From contig CP136572.1 of the NCBI GenBank assembly GCA_035193785.1, forward strand, positions 2,228,578 through 2,292,577: a DNA stretch of 64,000 nucleotides. The letters are read 5' to 3'. This document shows, piece after piece, positions 12,436 to 23,201 of the stretch. The position numbers and the translations under genes were made by a program. Each line of letters begins with the position of its first letter. Position 1 is the stretch's first letter. Under the pieces are notes generated by a model. That model saw nothing but the letters and a program-made list of their open reading frames with translations, was not told where the DNA came from and made no database searches. Source of the DNA: Planktothrix sp. GU0601_MAG3 (lineage in GTDB: Bacteria; Cyanobacteriota; Cyanobacteriia; Cyanobacteriales; Microcoleaceae).

Positions 12436-13663
12436 ATGAAAATATTAATATTAAATGCGGGTTCAAGTTCTCAAAAAAGTTGTCTGTACGAAATTAATGA
12501 GCCCATATTACCCGACTATCCCTTACATCCGATTTGGGAAGCCAATATTGATTGGACAGCTTCTAAAGAATTGGGTTTAATGACCGTCAAAACTGCGAAA
12601 GTTAAACAAGAATATCCCTTAGATTTAAAATCTAAATCCAGGGCGATCGCGCAAATGTTTGATACTCTGATTTTAGGAGAAGCCAAAGTATTAAATAATT
12701 TCTCGGAAATTACCATAGTTGGTCATCGGGTTGTCCATGGGGGTTCAGATTATTCAGAAGCAACATTAATTGATCAAAATGTAAAAGCAACCATTCGGGA
12801 TTTAATTCCCCTCGCTCCCAGTCATAACCCCGCCCATTTAGAAGGAATTGAAGCCGTAGAAACCCTATTAGGAAATATTCCCCAAGTAGCTGTTTTTGAT
12901 ACGGCATTCCATCGAACTATGCCCGATTATGCCACGGTTTATCCCATTCCCTATTCATATTTTCAAGATGGAATCAAACGCTATGGATTTCATGGAACTA
13001 GCCATAAATATTGCGCCCAAAAAACCGCAAAAATCCTAGGAAAACCCTTAGAGTTTTTAAAACTAATTACCTGTCATTTGGGTAATGGATGTTCCTTAGT
13101 GGCAATTAAAGATGGGATTAGTATTAATACAACTATGGGATTTACTCCCCTAGAAGGATTAATGATGGGAACCAGAAGCGGTTCTATTGATCCATCTATT
13201 GTATTATATTTAATCAGTAAATATAAATATGATATTCAGCAAATTAATCAGATTTTAAATAAGGAATCGGGGTTAAAAGGTATTGTCGGGGAGTCGGGAG
13301 ATCTGAGATATGTTTTAACAGAAATGAACGCCGGAAATGCTCAAGCTAAACTGGCTTTTGAGATGTATATTCATCACTTAAAAATGGGAATTGGACAAAT
13401 GTTAGCTAATTTAGGCGGTTTAGATGCGTTAGTTTTTACCGCCGGAGTCGGAGAAACACGCGGAAAAAGTTCGGGAAGCAGCTTGTCAAGGATGGGAGTT
13501 TTTAGGCTTAAAATTAGACTTAGAAAAAAATGCCTCTCACCCGGTTGATCAAGAGATTTCCACCGCAGATTCAAAGGTTAAAATATTAGCAGTTCATACG
13601 GAGGAAGATTGGGCGATCGCTACTGAATGTTGGCATATATTTAATGCCTATACACAACAATAA
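12436..13663 (+). CDS. ackA: Acetate kinase; apparent frameshift ~13455
   Basis: LNAGSSS, GHRVVHGG, DTAFH, YGFHGTSH, MGFTPLEGLMMGTRSG, FTAGVGE; the shifted frame continues to HTEEDWAIA. Confidence 0.95.
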
Positions 13664-13723
13664 ATTGTCGGAAATGGTTCTGAATTAACATATAATTTAA
13701 TAAACCAAGAGGAAAAATCAACC

Positions 13724-13837
13724 ATGAATTTACAAGAATTAAAAAACGCCGATTATCAACTTCCCGTCCATGAACGGTTATTACTGGTAGAGTCTATTAT
13801 TAGCCAGTGTACCTTAATTTTATTAAAATCCATTTAA
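13724..13837 (+). pseudogene. Short remnant of a small (antitoxin-like) hypothetical gene
   Basis: GAGG RBS then MNLQELKNADYQLPVHERLLLVESII, ending next to a repeat tract. Confidence 0.3.
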
Positions 13838-13846
13838 AATCATCTG

Positions 13847-14175
13847 TAGGGGCGGGTTCTCCCCAATGTTTCACATCCCATAATTAACCTTGATAAACCC
13901 GCCCAACCCCACCCCAATGTTTCACATCCCATAATTAACCTTGATAAACCCGCCCAACCCCACCCCAATGTTTCACATCCCATAATTAACCTTGATAAAC
14001 CCGCCCAACCCCACCCCAGATTATAAATCGGGTTTCTCTACAAATCTTGTATTTGTTATCAATAATCTTGTTCAGAAACCCTATTTCTGCACATCGACCC
14101 CACCCCAGATTATAAATCGGGTTTCTCTACAAATCTTGTATTTGTTATCAATAATCTGGAAAAGAAACCCGATTT
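13847..14175. repeat. REP-like tract: GTAGGGGCGGGTT..AAACCCGCCC with three 51 bp tandem copies, then two copies of an AAATCGGGTTTCT..AGAAACCC element
   Basis: 51 bp units start at 13861, 13912 and 13963; second family starts at 14014 and 14103. Confidence 0.85.
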
Positions 14176-14178
14176 ATG

Positions 14179-14805
14179 TTAAGGTTTAACCCCATGAATT
14201 ACTTGTAAACTTCCTCCCGCATAAAGTTGAGGGGGACTGACATTAAAGCCAGTTTGTGATAGCAATTGAACCAAATCTGTTTTTAACAATTGCCAAGCTG
14301 TTTCCGTTTCAAATAACCAGAGAAACATGGCTACCCCCGGCCAAAATATCGGGTTAGTGGGGGAATGAAAGTCAACCAGGGCAAAAATCCCCCCAGGTTT
14401 GAGGACACGATAAACCTGATTGAGAATTTGTTGCAACTGTTCGGGGTTCATTTCATGCAACGCAGCGCTGGTATGAACGAGATCAAAGCTGTTATCGGCA
14501 AAGGGCAGATTTTCTGCAAACCCTTCAACATATTGGGCTTGGGGCACATTCCTCTGAGCCCGTTGGAGGGACAAGGGAGACGCATCCAACCCCGTGACAT
14601 TCTGGGAATACTGGACTAACACCGATGTTGCTTGTCCACTTCCACAACATAAGTCCAGAACTTGGGTTTCCGGTGTCAGGGTTAACCCGGTTAAGGGTAA
14701 CTCCCGAAACCGACGCTCACCGCCCACACTCAAAGCCGCCAGTCGGGAAATGGTATCATAGAGCCATTGATAGCGGTAACTTAGACTTCGGAGGATAGTT
14801 GCCAT
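14179..14805 (-). CDS. Class I SAM-dependent methyltransferase (UbiE-like)
   Basis: VLDLCCGSG, AENLPFADNSFD, RVLKPGG. Confidence 0.9.
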   Translation of the reverse strand: MATILRSLSYRYQWLYDTISRLAALSVGGERRFRELPLTGLTLTPETQVLDLCCGSGQATSVLVQYSQNVTGLDASPLSLQRAQRNVPQAQYVEGFAENLPFADNSFDLVHTSAALHEMNPEQLQQILNQVYRVLKPGGIFALVDFHSPTNPIFWPGVAMFLWLFETETAWQLLKTDLVQLLSQTGFNVSPPQLYAGGSLQVIHGVKP

Positions 14806-14903
14806 ATTGAGAACAATTTTTATAAATTAAAAGATCGACTTAACCCACAAGGACAATATATTATTAAGATAGTTAACGAATCTTAGGATAGGAAGTATCC
14901 GCT

Positions 14904-16068
14904 ATGGGACGAGTCGGAGTCTTACTGCTAAATCTGGGCGGGCCAGAGCAACTGCAAGATGTTCGCCCCTTTTTGTACAATCTATTTTCAGACCCAGAAA
15001 TTATCCGTTTGCCCTTTGCTTGGATGCAAAAACCTCTGGCTTGGATAATTTCGACTCTGCGCTATCAAAAGTCCCAGGAAAATTATAAGGCGATCGGGGG
15101 CGGTTCTCCCCTGCGGCGAATTACGGAAGAACAAGCCATTGCCTTACAAGGATCTTTACAGGAAAAGGGCCGCGATATCCGAGTGTATGTGGGGATGCGC
15201 TATTGGAAACCCATTTACTGAGGAAGCGGTGGCTAAAATCAAACGGGATCAAATCGAACAGTTAGTTATTTTACCTTTATATCCACAATTTTCAATTAGT
15301 ACCAGTGGTTCTAGTTTTCGAGTTTTAGAAAAACTTTGGCAACAAGATCCGAGCTTACAAAAAATTGATTATACAGTGATTCCCTCTTGGTATCGTCGTC
15401 CGGGTTATTTACAAGCCATGACCGAATTAATTTACCAGGAAATTGAACATTGCGAACAACCGGAACAAGTACCGATTTTCTTTAGTGCCCACGGTGTTCC
15501 GGTGAGTTATGTTGAGGAAGCGGGAGATCCCTATCGAGACGAAATTGAAGGTTGCACGGCGGCAATTATGCGGACTTTAAACCGTCCTAACCCCCATGTT
15601 TTGGCCTATCAAAGTCGGGTTGGCCCGGTGGAATGGTTACAACCCTATACGGAGGAAGCTATTCTGGAACTTGCCAAAGAAGGGGTTAAGGAATTGGTGG
15701 TGGTTCCGATTAGTTTTGTATCAGAACATATCGAAACCTTAGAAGAAATTGATATGGAATATCGGGAACTGGCTGAAGAAGCTGGGATTGAAAAATTCCA
15801 TCGAGTTCCGGCATTAAATACCCATCCCATATTTATTAATGATTTAGCAGAAATGGTAATAGAAGCTTTAGATGCTCCTAATATTAAGTTCTCCGATGTG
15901 GCACATCCCGGCAAAAAAACCAAGATGTATCCCCAAGAAAGTTGGGAATGGGGACTCACCACCACCGCCGAGGTTTGGAATGGTCGGTTGGCTATGTTAG
16001 GAATGATTGGCATATTAATAGAAATTATTACCGGACAGGGCCCCTTACATTTCGTTGGGTTGCTGTAG
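14904..16068 (+). CDS. hemH: Ferrochelatase with C-terminal CAB domain; apparent frameshift ~15208
   Basis: [50 protein letters not shown]-terminal [12 protein letters not shown]. Confidence 0.95.
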
Positions 16069-16195
16069 GAGGGGTTTGGGCCTTTGGCTATTGTGGGTTG
16101 GCGGTTGATAGTTCATCTATGCAACCGCCTTAGTTTAAGAATAATAATTGTTGTTATTGTGTTAATTGAACGATATTTAAACCAGATTTAAGAAA

Positions 16196-16463
16196 TTAAG
16201 CCATGCTATCGTTTAACGATAGATTATTAATTCTTTCTCGTAACTCTATTAGATCGGGATGTTGAGCGATATCAATATGCTTAATAGCCCAATTAAAAAA
16301 AGGGGCTAGAGAAATATAGTTAGGCTCTTGTTTTTGCATTTCTTTTGGGAACAATTGTATTAAAACCCGAGATATCTGCAATTATTTTGCTCAGTAATTG
16401 ATAATCTAAGCTGGTATCTTTTCCCTCACAAAAAATAATTCTTCCACCACTAATAACACTCAT
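16196..16463 (-). pseudogene. Internally deleted partner gene of the AAA ATPase (TOPRIM/DUF4435-like N-terminus)
   Basis: MSVISGGRIIFCEGKDTSLDYQLL.. starts 2 nt after the ATPase stop, stops after ~47 codons, and a C-terminal piece lies in another frame. Confidence 0.55.
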
Positions 16464-16465
16464 AA

Positions 16466-17530
16466 TCACGCCTCCAAACGAATAATATATGCTTCAGGAA
16501 CTAACTGCTCTATATAATCAGAGTGAGTTGTAATAATAAATTGATTATTTTTCCCTAATTTTGGCAAAGCTCTGAGTAACGCTTGTTGCATAGGTGGATG
16601 TAAGTGCAATTCAATTTCATCAATTAAGATAACCGAGTTATGAATATTCCAACTTCCAAAGTCGATCACCATTGGAAAAATAGCACGTTCACCCCCAGAC
16701 ATCTCTGAAATTTCATACTGATCTTTGCCATCATAGAGATAAAACCAGGGCTCACTGAGAATATCATCAACCCCTTCCCGTAGAACAGGGCCTTCAAAAC
16801 TACGTTTTGGGAAAAGGGTTCGATAAATTTGTTCTATTTCAGCATATAAATCTTTCTGTCCAGGCCGTAATTGCTCAAATTTACCATTAACAAAATCCTG
16901 ATGAAACTGTCGCCATTTGGATAGGCGATCGCGGATAATATCATGCGTAATTTCGATTTTTATATCGGGATCTTCTGATGTTAAGCTTGTTGAGGTTCGC
17001 TGTTCTGTATACCAAAGAATTGTGCCAACTCTTTCAAAAACCTGAAAACCCTCAGATCGAAGCAATTGTTTAGCATATTGTCGTCCTTTAAATTGAAATA
17101 ATTCAGAAGCAGTATTTGCTTGAACTCTTCTATCTCGCCACTTGAGATTTACAATAGATTTCTCAGCCGGAGACATTAAATTACGCCCCATCTCTTGCAA
17201 TTTCTGGTTGAATTCTCGAACCGCTTGCAATTCTGATCGAGAAAACTGGACTTTTAAACTAACTTCAGGGTCAAACTTACCCCAATTACTCCCTAATAAT
17301 TCATAGTTAAATCCTGGCCATTCTAAATCAGAAAGTGTTTTTAATCGCCCTGTTGCTTCCCCTAACGTTGCTGCAATTGCTTGTAAAAGACTTGTTTTTC
17401 CTGAACCATTCATACCGATAAGAACGATTAGATCCCTTGCTAATCCTGTTTCGGTATCAGTGAAATCCAAAAGAAGATTCCGAAATTTTTTAAAATACTT
17501 TAATTCTACAGATTGAACTTTCATAATCAA
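16466..17530 (-). CDS. AAA_15/AAA_21 ABC-type ATPase (OLD/AbiEii-like)
   Basis: Walker A GMNGSGKT, signature MSGGE, Walker B LIDEIELHLHP, H-loop ITTHS. Confidence 0.88.
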   Translation of the reverse strand: MIMKVQSVELKYFKKFRNLLLDFTDTETGLARDLIVLIGMNGSGKTSLLQAIAATLGEATGRLKTLSDLEWPGFNYELLGSNWGKFDPEVSLKVQFSRSELQAVREFNQKLQEMGRNLMSPAEKSIVNLKWRDRRVQANTASELFQFKGRQYAKQLLRSEGFQVFERVGTILWYTEQRTSTSLTSEDPDIKIEITHDIIRDRLSKWRQFHQDFVNGKFEQLRPGQKDLYAEIEQIYRTLFPKRSFEGPVLREGVDDILSEPWFYLYDGKDQYEISEMSGGERAIFPMVIDFGSWNIHNSVILIDEIELHLHPPMQQALLRALPKLGKNNQFIITTHSDYIEQLVPEAYIIRLEA

Positions 17531-17603
17531 ATTAAATCGCTATTTCAGCCTAATACCCTAATATTAATGCAGATCACCACCAACAAATCGGGTACATCGA
17601 ATT

Positions 17604-18267
17604 CTACATTTTATTGATATTAACTCCGTTAATGGTTTTACCAATATCAATCATGGTTTCCTGAACTCCTTTTTCCTTTCGTTCACTATAGCGATCGCTT
17701 AAATAATCAGCCTGTCCTCTTAATAACAATGTAAATTTGTAGAGTTCTTCCATCACATCAACCAGGCGATCGCGATAGGGGGAATCCTTCATCACCCCAT
17801 CTTCATCGAACTCCTGATAGGCTTTGGCCACCGAAGACTGATTGGGAATCGTAAACATCCGCATCCAGCGCCCCAAAATTCGCAGGGTATTCACCGCATT
17901 AAAGGACTGGGAAACCGCCACAGACCTGCATCACCGCCAAAGTTCGGCCCTGGGTTGGTCTAATCGCCCCCATGGTCAGGGGAATCCAATCAATTTGATT
18001 TTTCATCACCCCACTAATTTGACCATGGAGTTCGGGACTAGACCAGACCTGACCCTCAGACCACAAACTTAATTCCCGTAACTCCTGAACTTTGGGGTGG
18101 GTATCCGGTACGCTTCCATAAATCGGTAATCCCCGGGGGTCAAAAAACCGCACTTCTGCACCAAAATCCTGAATAATTAGGGCGGCTTCTTCTGCTAATA
18201 AACGACTATAAGAACGTCCTCTTAAGGAACCGTATAATAATAGAATTCGGGGTGGATGATTCAACAT
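17604..18267 (-). CDS. arsH: Arsenic resistance NADPH-dependent FMN reductase ArsH; apparent frameshift ~17913
   Basis: [43 protein letters not shown]. Confidence 0.95.
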
Positions 18268-18386
18268 ATATTAGGTAATGGGGATTACGGATTTAAGAAG
18301 ATTTCACGGATTTCACGGATTTGAATCTGTGTTAATCTGCATTTCATGTTACCCGGGCGAGGGGGAAACTGGGACTGCAAAAATTG

Positions 18387-18783
18387 TCAATTCAAGGTAT
18401 CAATTAACTGTTGGACTCGGACTTTAATTTCATCTCTAACTCGATGAAAGGTTTCTAAAGGTTGTCCGTCGGGATCATCTAATTGCCAATCTTCAAAAAC
18501 TTCTTGCATTACCCAATCTTCAGGTAAGTTTACACCACAACCGCATAAAGAAATCACCGCATCATAATTTTCTGCTTGAAAATCACTTAAAGGGTTAGAA
18601 GTTTGATTGGTAATATCAATGCCGATTTCATCCATCACTTGAATAGCCGTAGGATGCACCCGACTGGCTTCTAAACCGGAAACTGGTAACGGCTATTTTT
18701 CCCGCCCCTAAAGTTCTAGCAAATCCCTCCGCCATTTGGGAACGGCAAGAATTTCTTTTGCAAACAAACATTACTTTTTTCAT
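18387..18783 (-). CDS. arsC: Arsenate reductase (LMWP-type, cyanobacterial); apparent frameshift ~18681
   Basis: MKKVMFVCKRNSCRSQMAEG, ISLCGCG, WQLDDP. Confidence 0.93.
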
Positions 18784-18841
18784 GTCAATCTCCAATTTTT
18801 AGCATGGCTAAATTATTTAAAAAATTAGGGTATTTATGAAT

Positions 18842-19990
18842 TTAACCCTTGGCACAACGAGGATCGAATAAACTGGCTTTTTCCGGCTCTCTGGGGAACC
18901 AAAACGCCGTTTTTTTACAAATTTCGACCAACATTAACATCACCGGAACCTCAATTAATACCCCCACAACCGTTGCTAAGGCTGCACCGGAATTCAAACC
19001 AAATAATGTTACGGCTGTGGCGATCGCTACTTCAAAATGATTACTCGCCCCAATTAAGGCAGCCGGAGCCGAATCTTCATAGGATAGCTTCATTTTTAAA
19101 GCGATCAAATAGCTAATCAGAAAGATAAAATTGGTTTGGATAAATAAGGGAATGGCAATTAACAGAATATGAAAGGGATTATTAACAATTAATTCCCCTT
19201 TAAAAGCAAATAGCAACACCAAAGTAATTAACAATGCCGATATAGCAACGGGGCTTAAATAATGCAGAAATTCCCGTTCAAACCAGGCTTTTCCTTTGTT
19301 CTTAAAAATCCAATGGCGACTATACATTCCCGCCACTAATGGTAATCCCACATAAATGATCACCGATAAAAAAATCGTTAACCAAGGTACTGTCAAATCA
19401 TTAGCAGCTAGTAACCAACGCCCTAACGGTGCATATAAAAATAACATCGTCAAGGAATTAACCGCCACCATTACTAAAGTATGACCTTGATTTCCATAAC
19501 ACAAATAACCCCACATCAAAACCATCGCCGTACAGGGAGCAATTCCTAATAAAATAGTTCCGGCAATATAGGAATTAGCTAAGGAAACTTCCTGTCCTCG
19601 GATTAATTCAGTACCCGTAATTAAAGGACGAAATAACCATCCTAAAAAGAACTGAGAAAACGCCACCATTGTAAAGGGTTTAATTAACCAATTTACAACT
19701 AAAGTTAGCAATACGGGTTTAGGGGCGCGGACGGCGTTGGCAGCCTGGGTAAAATCAATTTTTACCATGATGGGATACATCATAAAAAACAGGCAAATAG
19801 CAATAGGAATCGAGATTTGATAGACGCTCATTGAGTCTAAAGTAACCGCAACTCCTGGGAATAAACGCCCTAAAATAATCCCACCAATAATACATAAAAA
19901 TACCCAAACCGTTAGGTATTTTTCAAAAAGACTCAGTTTACCCCCGACTTGCACAGCCGATGGGTTAACTTGGGGTGAATTTCTACTCAT
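18842..19990 (-). CDS. acr3: ACR3-family arsenite efflux transporter
   Basis: [35 protein letters not shown]. Confidence 0.95.
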   Translation of the reverse strand: MSRNSPQVNPSAVQVGGKLSLFEKYLTVWVFLCIIGGIILGRLFPGVAVTLDSMSVYQISIPIAICLFFMMYPIMVKIDFTQAANAVRAPKPVLLTLVVNWLIKPFTMVAFSQFFLGWLFRPLITGTELIRGQEVSLANSYIAGTILLGIAPCTAMVLMWGYLCYGNQGHTLVMVAVNSLTMLFLYAPLGRWLLAANDLTVPWLTIFLSVIIYVGLPLVAGMYSRHWIFKNKGKAWFEREFLHYLSPVAISALLITLVLLFAFKGELIVNNPFHILLIAIPLFIQTNFIFLISYLIALKMKLSYEDSAPAALIGASNHFEVAIATAVTLFGLNSGAALATVVGVLIEVPVMLMLVEICKKTAFWFPREPEKASLFDPRCAKG

Positions 19991-20052
19991 TAAACCTCCT
20001 GAAAAAAGCAGTATTCTGCTTTGTGTCTTTGTGGTTAAATTGGGTTTTAATA

Positions 20053-20144
20053 CAGGACTTACGCATCACTACTATCAATAGTAGGGGTAATTTATAAATT
20101 ACCCCTATATCTAGGGTTACATCCCTAAATTTGCGTAAGTCCTG
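20053..20144. mobile_element. MITE-like element with CAGGACTTACGCA terminal inverted repeats (copy 1)
   Basis: CAGGACTTACGCA..TGCGTAAGTCCTG flanked by AATA direct repeat; internal GTAGGGGTAATT..AATTACCCCTA palindrome. Confidence 0.7.
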
Positions 20145-20162
20145 AATAGTTACCCAAATTAT

Positions 20163-20178
20163 ATCAATTTTTTTTGAT
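20163..20178. promoter_or_regulatory. ArsR-type operator ATCAA-N6-TTGAT
   Basis: ATCAATTTTTTTTGAT upstream of acr3, matching the cyanobacterial arsBHC operator consensus. Confidence 0.75.
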
Positions 20179-20310
20179 GCGTCAAGTTAAAAAAAGGTTA
20201 AGATTCTTTTAGATCATCTAAAAATTCTGAATTAGTCTGGGAAAGATTAGGGAAAATAGTAAAATTGCGATCGCTAATTTTCCCTTAATAATATACTCTT
20301 GAATTATTAA

Positions 20311-20986
20311 TTAAAACTTGGGTAACTGCCATAATTCCGGTTCAAATTCACTTAGAGAACCCAGAATTTGATCAGCCTCTTGATAAAGGGATTTATCCAT
20401 ATCTGGTGCGGGAACTGCTATTACGGACATCCCCGCCGCCCGCGCCGCAGAAACCCCGGCTAAGGCATCTTCAAATACCAAACATTCTTCGGGTTTTGCC
20501 CCTAAACGTTGGGCGACTAATAGAAAAATATCCGGTGCGGGCTTGCCATTTTTAAGTTCAGGATCATCTCCTCTAACAATAGATTGAAATAAAGAAAACC
20601 ATTGTTGATGACTTTGGGTTTTGGCGGTAAAGGGACGATTCCCTGAACTGGTAGCGATCGCTTGAGGAATATTATGATTAGCCAGATGTTTCAGTGAGAA
20701 AAACAGCCCCATCTAAGGGCAAAACATGGGGATACAATTGATAAATAATTGCATCTTTTTTCTCCAAGAATTCTTCTACCGTTACCGACAATTCCAACTC
20801 CTGAGTTAAGAGTTTGACAGAATCATGGGATTTTCTACCCCTAACTTTGCAACCGAGGGCATGATCAATGGTTTTGCCATAATGGTTGGCAACCATTTGA
20901 TTAACTTTAGTATGAAGGGGTTCTGTATCCAACAGTAAACCGTCTAAATCGTAAATAACGTGGGTAATTTTTCTAAAATTTGGCAT
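20311..20986 (-). CDS. HAD-IA family phosphatase; apparent frameshift ~20690
   Basis: YDLDGLLLDTE, ATSS, KPAPDIF, VFEDA. Confidence 0.9.
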
Positions 20987-21083
20987 TGGTCAAGGGATAA
21001 AGCATTGTAGTTATTATGAATCAAATTGACGGATAAATCAAGGGGTAAAAATGGTCTGGAATTCGATGAAAAATCCCTTGAGT

Positions 21084-21629
21084 CTAGGGTGTTAATTGCC
21101 AAGATTGATGACAAGTCCAGGAATAATCGGGATGTCTCTGATAAAACCTTAATTCCCAAGCCACTTGGGAGTGGGGATTAATGCGATTTTGAGCTAAATC
21201 TTTTAATTGTTGGGCGTGTTGAAGTTGAAATTCATAGGCTAAACTCAAATGGAGCCAAGTTTTTAATCGCAAGGCTTCTAGGCGAGTTGGTGAATTAACC
21301 AATTGGCTAAAATGAATCATTAACGAGGGAATACCTTGGGCTTTTAATTCCAAACCATACCAACTAGCTTGAAATGTCATTTGGGTCACATTAATTTTTA
21401 AAGGGATCGCGGTTAATTGTGCGGTATTATAAGCGGTTTCTAGGGCTTGAATATATAGGGGAATTTGTGATTCTTGATCTTGAAAAAAGCCAGTTAAGGT
21501 ACAATGGGGCATATAATTATGGGCTGCATTTGCTCCATATAGTTCCAGGCTTTCTTGATAAAATGCTTCAATTTGTTCCGCTAATTCTCCCCGGGGACAA
21601 GCATAAATAATAAATTGACTAAGGGACAT
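21084..21629 (-). CDS. Hypothetical protein, 2H-phosphoesterase-like
   Basis: Two HxT/S motifs (PHCTL, LHLSL) about 85 aa apart. Confidence 0.6.
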   Translation of the reverse strand: MSLSQFIIYACPRGELAEQIEAFYQESLELYGANAAHNYMPHCTLTGFFQDQESQIPLYIQALETAYNTAQLTAIPLKINVTQMTFQASWYGLELKAQGIPSLMIHFSQLVNSPTRLEALRLKTWLHLSLAYEFQLQHAQQLKDLAQNRINPHSQVAWELRFYQRHPDYSWTCHQSWQLTP

Positions 21630-21661
21630 ATTGAGTTAAAGGAGACTTGATTTGATAGTCT

Positions 21662-21763
21662 TAGGACTTACGCACAAGACCAAAGAAACCGGGTTTCTGG
21701 CCCTGATTTTGCGGATGAAATCGAGATTTATCGTTCAGAAACCCGGTTTCTGCGTAAGTCCTG
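21662..21763. mobile_element. MITE-like element, (C/T)AGGACTTACGCA TIRs (copy 2)
   Basis: TAGGACTTACGCA..TGCGTAAGTCCTG with AGTCT direct repeat; contains an AGAAACCGGGTTTCT pair. Confidence 0.72.
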
Positions 21764-22041
21764 AGTCTGTGGCTGCGCCTGGGCGCGTTTATACCAGTTA
21801 TCAGTTTATCGCCTATTTCCCAAAATGATCAAGCTGTTCAGGATTTGACTATATAAAGTTAGTTAAATCTAGTTGATCTCAGAGTTAATTTCCGTTTAAA
21901 TTTTTATAATAAAGATTTAAACGAAAATATTATAACTTTTGTAAACAAATCTAAAAATTCAATCCCTTGACTTTAATGACTTTTGTATTTTGGGATTGTT
22001 ATAATTAGACAGTTATCAATTATTATTTTTAGGTGCTGATC

Positions 22042-23002
22042 ATGGAAACAACAACTAATCCTCAAACCCAGACTTTAGGATATTGGGCAGTACAAGGGAT
22101 TCAGAAACATTTGGAAAAGGTGATTAACCATGAATCTGAAGTTTTAAAAGATCATGATCCCGAAGAATTACATCAAATGCGGGTGGGAATGCGACGGTTA
22201 AGATCTGCGGTGGTTGGGTTTGCTCCAGTATTAAAATTACCCGAATCTGCCGAGGATGAAAAAATCGGTAAAATTGCCCGTCGTTTGGGAAAATTGCGAG
22301 ATTTGGACGTTTTATTAGAACTATTACAAAATGCTTATTATTCCAGATTACCACCATCAGAACAAGAAATTGTAGATAAAGTATTAATGGATTGGGTGAA
22401 ACAACGTCACAAAGCTTTTCGAGTGGTGCAATGGACTTTAGAACATAAAATATATCAAAACTTGAAGGAAGATTTACAAGATTGGATCAAAGAACCTAGT
22501 TTTACAAGTCTGGAAAAACTCCCGATTAATGAAGTTTCTACCGGATTTATTACTTCCCCAAATTAGCCATTTATTCCTGCATCCTGGTTGGCAAGTGGGA
22601 GTAACTGAGGAGCAAGTTAATTCTAATGCAATTACCTCAGAAACCTTAGAAATAATTTTAGATAAACAGGGAGAATCTTTGCACGATTTGAGAAAGCAAG
22701 CGAAGAAAGTCCGTTATCAAATGAATTTATTTACTAATTTTTATAGTTCTAAATATTCAGCCTATTTAGAAGATATCAAAGCCATTCAAGAAAATTTAGG
22801 ACATATTCAAGATAGTATGGTTTTAATGGCAAAAATAGCCGATAAAATTCCATCAAAAATTAACTCTAAACTCCCGACTTTGATCAGTCTTTTAGCAGAA
22901 AGTCACTATGAATCTTGGCAAAAATGGCAAGAACTTCAACAGCGTTATTTAAAGGCTGAAAATCGCCAGGAATTTCGCTTAGAATTACTGAATCCGCTTT
23001 AG
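22042..23002 (+). CDS. CHAD domain protein; apparent frameshift ~22536
   Basis: LHQMRVGMRRLRS, LGKLRDLDV, LHDLRKQAKKVRY, LGHIQD. Confidence 0.9.
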
Positions 23003-23012
23003 GGAATTACGA

Positions 23013-23189
23013 ATGGGGAATGGGTAATGGGTAATGGGTAATGGGTAATGGGTAATGGGCAATAGTTTACTTCCACCGCCTCCCCTGCTCCCCCTGCTCC
23101 CCCTGCTCCCCCTGCTCCCCTGCTCCCCTGCTCCCCTGCTCCCCCTGCTCCCCCTGCTCCCCCTGCTCCCTCTGCTCCCCTTCCCCTGC
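23013..23189. repeat. STRR-type tandem repeats: (AATGGGT)n and (CCCCTGCTC)n
   Basis: Directly visible between convergent genes. Confidence 0.9.
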
Positions 23190-23201
23190 CATAACAAAAT
23201 T

